64,000 bases of DNA. It comes from Squalus acanthias (taxonomy: Eukaryota). Below are positions 61,421 through 64,000 of this stretch, one piece after another. Numbering within the stretch: the first letter of the stretch is position 1; every line of letters starts with the position of its first letter. The notes beneath the pieces were generated by a model that did no database searches, was not told the DNA's origin, and saw nothing but the letters and a program-made list of their open reading frames with translations. The DNA lies in assembly GCA_030390025.1 (NCBI GenBank), contig CM059431.1, positions 116,376,001 through 116,440,000 on the forward strand. Reading direction: 5' to 3'. Made by a program: the position numbers and the translations under genes.

Positions 61421-62459
61421 AAAAGGTACACTGGAACAGCAACAAACTACAGACTTTTTGCAAAACAGACACAGAGCAGGAAAGATTGTGATTTTGGACA
61501 CTGCAACAAAAACTAACGATGACAGAGAGGCCCCTTTCATGAGAGTCGGAAACCAGAAGACAAAACCTCAAAACTGTATAAAAAGAGAACGAGCTGTGCT
61601 ATCGGGAGGAGAGACAATATGAAGAAGACAAGGAAGAGTCACTTCGGTGATGCTCCTGCCCCCGTCAAAACAAGGGTCTGGCCAATCCGCGTTCTGAAAC
61701 ATGTTCCCAGTTGTGAGTATTATTTAGAGCTTCACTTATTGTTCAGCAATCGAATAAAATGTTCAGTGCTCTTAATAACAGTTTCTGTGGTTGTTGTCGC
61801 CACTCAAGGTTAAAACTAGCAATAGGGTTATTTCCCTAAACATAGCGGCAAATAATTAATAGTAATTAACCTATATGAGGCAGGATTTTTATAGAGCCAG
61901 CTTCTAATGAATGTTAAGAAGGTAGAACCACTGTGAAAGCAGCAGGTGGAGGAACAGGGACAACAAGTACGAAATATGATGGTGCAGGAATATGTGGAGG
62001 GTGCCGGTTTGACTGTGAGACTTTCATGTTACTCCCGGTGCCATGATGCAGCTGTAAGTTCAGGGGGAAGGGGTATTCCTACTCTATGGCAGGGAGATAG
62101 TTGTTGGTGGCACAGGAGAGGACTCGCTCCAGTGTCCAGGGCACAGGCTTCATCTCAACTGGGGGTGGGGCAGTGTGTGCACTGTACTGAACATGGCCTC
62201 CATCACTAGCGCAAAGAATGAATAGTATTCTACCACAAGCACAGAAGCAGCAAAATTATTTGTTATTTATATAAAACCAAATATAAAGATCTTTCTTGAC
62301 AGCAATGGCCTGTGGACTCTAGAGGAATCAAGGGATATGGGGATTGGGCGGGAAAGTGGAGTTGAGATCGAAGATCAGCCATGATCTTATTGAATGGTGG
62401 AGCAGGCTTGAGGGGCTGTATGGCCTACTCCTGCTCCTAATTCTTATGTTCTTATCCCT

Positions 62460-63230
62460 TGGTGTCAGCTGTGACTCAATTGGTAGCACTCTCACCTCCA
62501 AGTCATGAAGGTTGTTGGTTCAAGCCCCACTCCAGAGACTTGAGCACAAAATCTAGGCTGACGCTCAAGTATGGTACTAAGGGAGTCTCTTCTCTCTCTT
62601 AGGCAGTCCCTCGGAACCGAGGATGACTTGCTTCCACATTAAAAATGAGTTCTCAGGTGACTGATGAGTCCAATGCGGGACCTTCCCGGATGCTTCCCCT
62701 CCTCTTTGTGCGGTCTTGGGCCAGATATTCCCAGGTGTCAGTGGGGATGTTGCACTTTTTCAAGGAGGCTTTGAGGGTGTCCATGAAGCATTTCCTCTGC
62801 CCGCCTGGGGCTCTCTTGCCGTGTCGGAGCTCCGAGTAGAACGCTTGTTTTGGGACTTTTGGGAGACTCCCAAAACTGAGGGAGTGCTGCACTGTTGGAG
62901 GTGCTGTCTTTCGGATGAGACGTTAAACTGAGGCCCTGTCTGCTCTCTCAGGTGGACGTAAAAGATCTTGTAGCACTTTTTCGAAGAAGAGCAGGGGAAT
63001 TTTCCCCGGTGTCCTGGCCATTATTTATCTCTCAATCAACATCACTAAAAAACAGATTATCTGGTCATTATCACATTGCTGTTTGTGGGAGCTTGCTGTG
63101 CGCAAATTGACTGCCTTGTTACCTACATCACGGCAGTGACTGCACTTCAAAATGACTTCATTGGTTGTAGAGCGATTTGGGACGTCCTGAGGTTGTGAAA
63201 GATGCTATATAAATTCAAGTCTGTCTTTCA
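62460..63230 (+). mobile_element. tRNA-head Deu-domain SINE interrupted by an RTE fragment
   Basis: A/B-box-like GACTCAATTGG and GGTTCAAGCCC; core matches 39630-39980. Confidence 0.75.
62587..62874 (-). mobile_element. RTE-clade LINE 3' fragment
   Basis: PKQAFYSEL..GKR..GGQRK..DTLKASLK..WE.LAQDR; flanked by ACTAAGGGAGT / ACTGAGGGAGT. Confidence 0.8.
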
Positions 63231-63339
63231 TTTTTCTTTCCTTCCTGCCCACCTTAGCTCCCAGCAGCACCAATCTCGCCCCTCCTTAAAACTGCCCCCT
63301 CTATGGCTTCTGGCATATTAGCCCATTTGAAGACATCAG

Positions 63340-64000
63340 CTTCTATTTCCACTCCCACATCGTTACCCTTGGAGTCCCCTAAGGATCTATCCTTGGCCCC
63401 CTCCTATTTATCATCTACATGCTGCCCCTCGGCGACATCATTTGTAAACACAACATCAGGTTCCACGTGTACGCTGATGACGCACAGCTGTGCCTCACCA
63501 ACACCTCTCCCGATCCCTCCACTGCCTCTGATTTGTCCCACTGCTTGTCTGACATTCAGTGCTGGATGAGCAATGTCTTCAGCCCTCGCCAGAAAATCCG
63601 TTTCCTGGCCACTGACTCCATCCCTCTCCCTGGCCACTGTCTGAGGCTGAACCAGACCGTTCGCAACCTCAGCTTTCTATCTGACCCTGATGAGCTTCTG
63701 ACCCCATATCCTCTCCATCACCAAGACCGCCTACTTCCACCTCCATAACATCGCCCGTCTCCACCCATGCCTCAGCTCATCTGCTACTGAAACCCTCATC
63801 CGTGCCTTTGTTACCTCTAGGCTCAACCATTCCAATTCTCTCCTGGCTGGCCTCCCACCTTGCACGCTCTGCAAACTTGAGCTGATCCAAAACTCTGCTG
63901 CCCGTATCCTAACTCGCACCAAGTCCTGTTCACCCATCACCCCAGCGTTCGCTGATCTTCATTGGCCCCAGGTCCAGCAACGCTTCGATTTTAAAATTCA
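63340..64000 (+). mobile_element. L2 LINE RT fragment
   Basis: YMLPLGDII..FHVYADDAQL; AFVTSRL..NSLLAGLP..L.LIQNSAAR. Confidence 0.85.

Overview
This is eukaryotic, repeat-dense DNA, most likely from a cartilaginous fish (inferred from Deu-domain SINEs and the CR1/Penelope families present). No host gene could be firmly identified. The main feature is a young, full-length minus-strand LTR provirus (17049-29746). It has 1.64-kb LTRs that differ at about 5 sites, and gag, pol and env genes. Pol is intact and carries two RNase H domains. Env has a class I fusion layout, which fits a lokiretrovirus-like element. Unusual traits include an immunoglobulin-like domain at the Env N-terminus, Gag-Pol joined through an in-frame UGA-CUAG stop, a reconstructable PSAPPSY late domain, and a gag ATG inside the primer-binding site. 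The provirus sits right after the TATA-like box of an autonomous-type PIF/Harbinger transposon, which itself interrupts a hammerhead-bearing Penelope terminus. The rest of the window holds a second Harbinger, many Harbinger-like MITEs, a Gypsy element with a nested solo LTR, CR1/L2/RTE/Tx1/Penelope fragments and a perfect 104-bp inverted repeat. All family calls come from motif recognition by eye; no searches were run.
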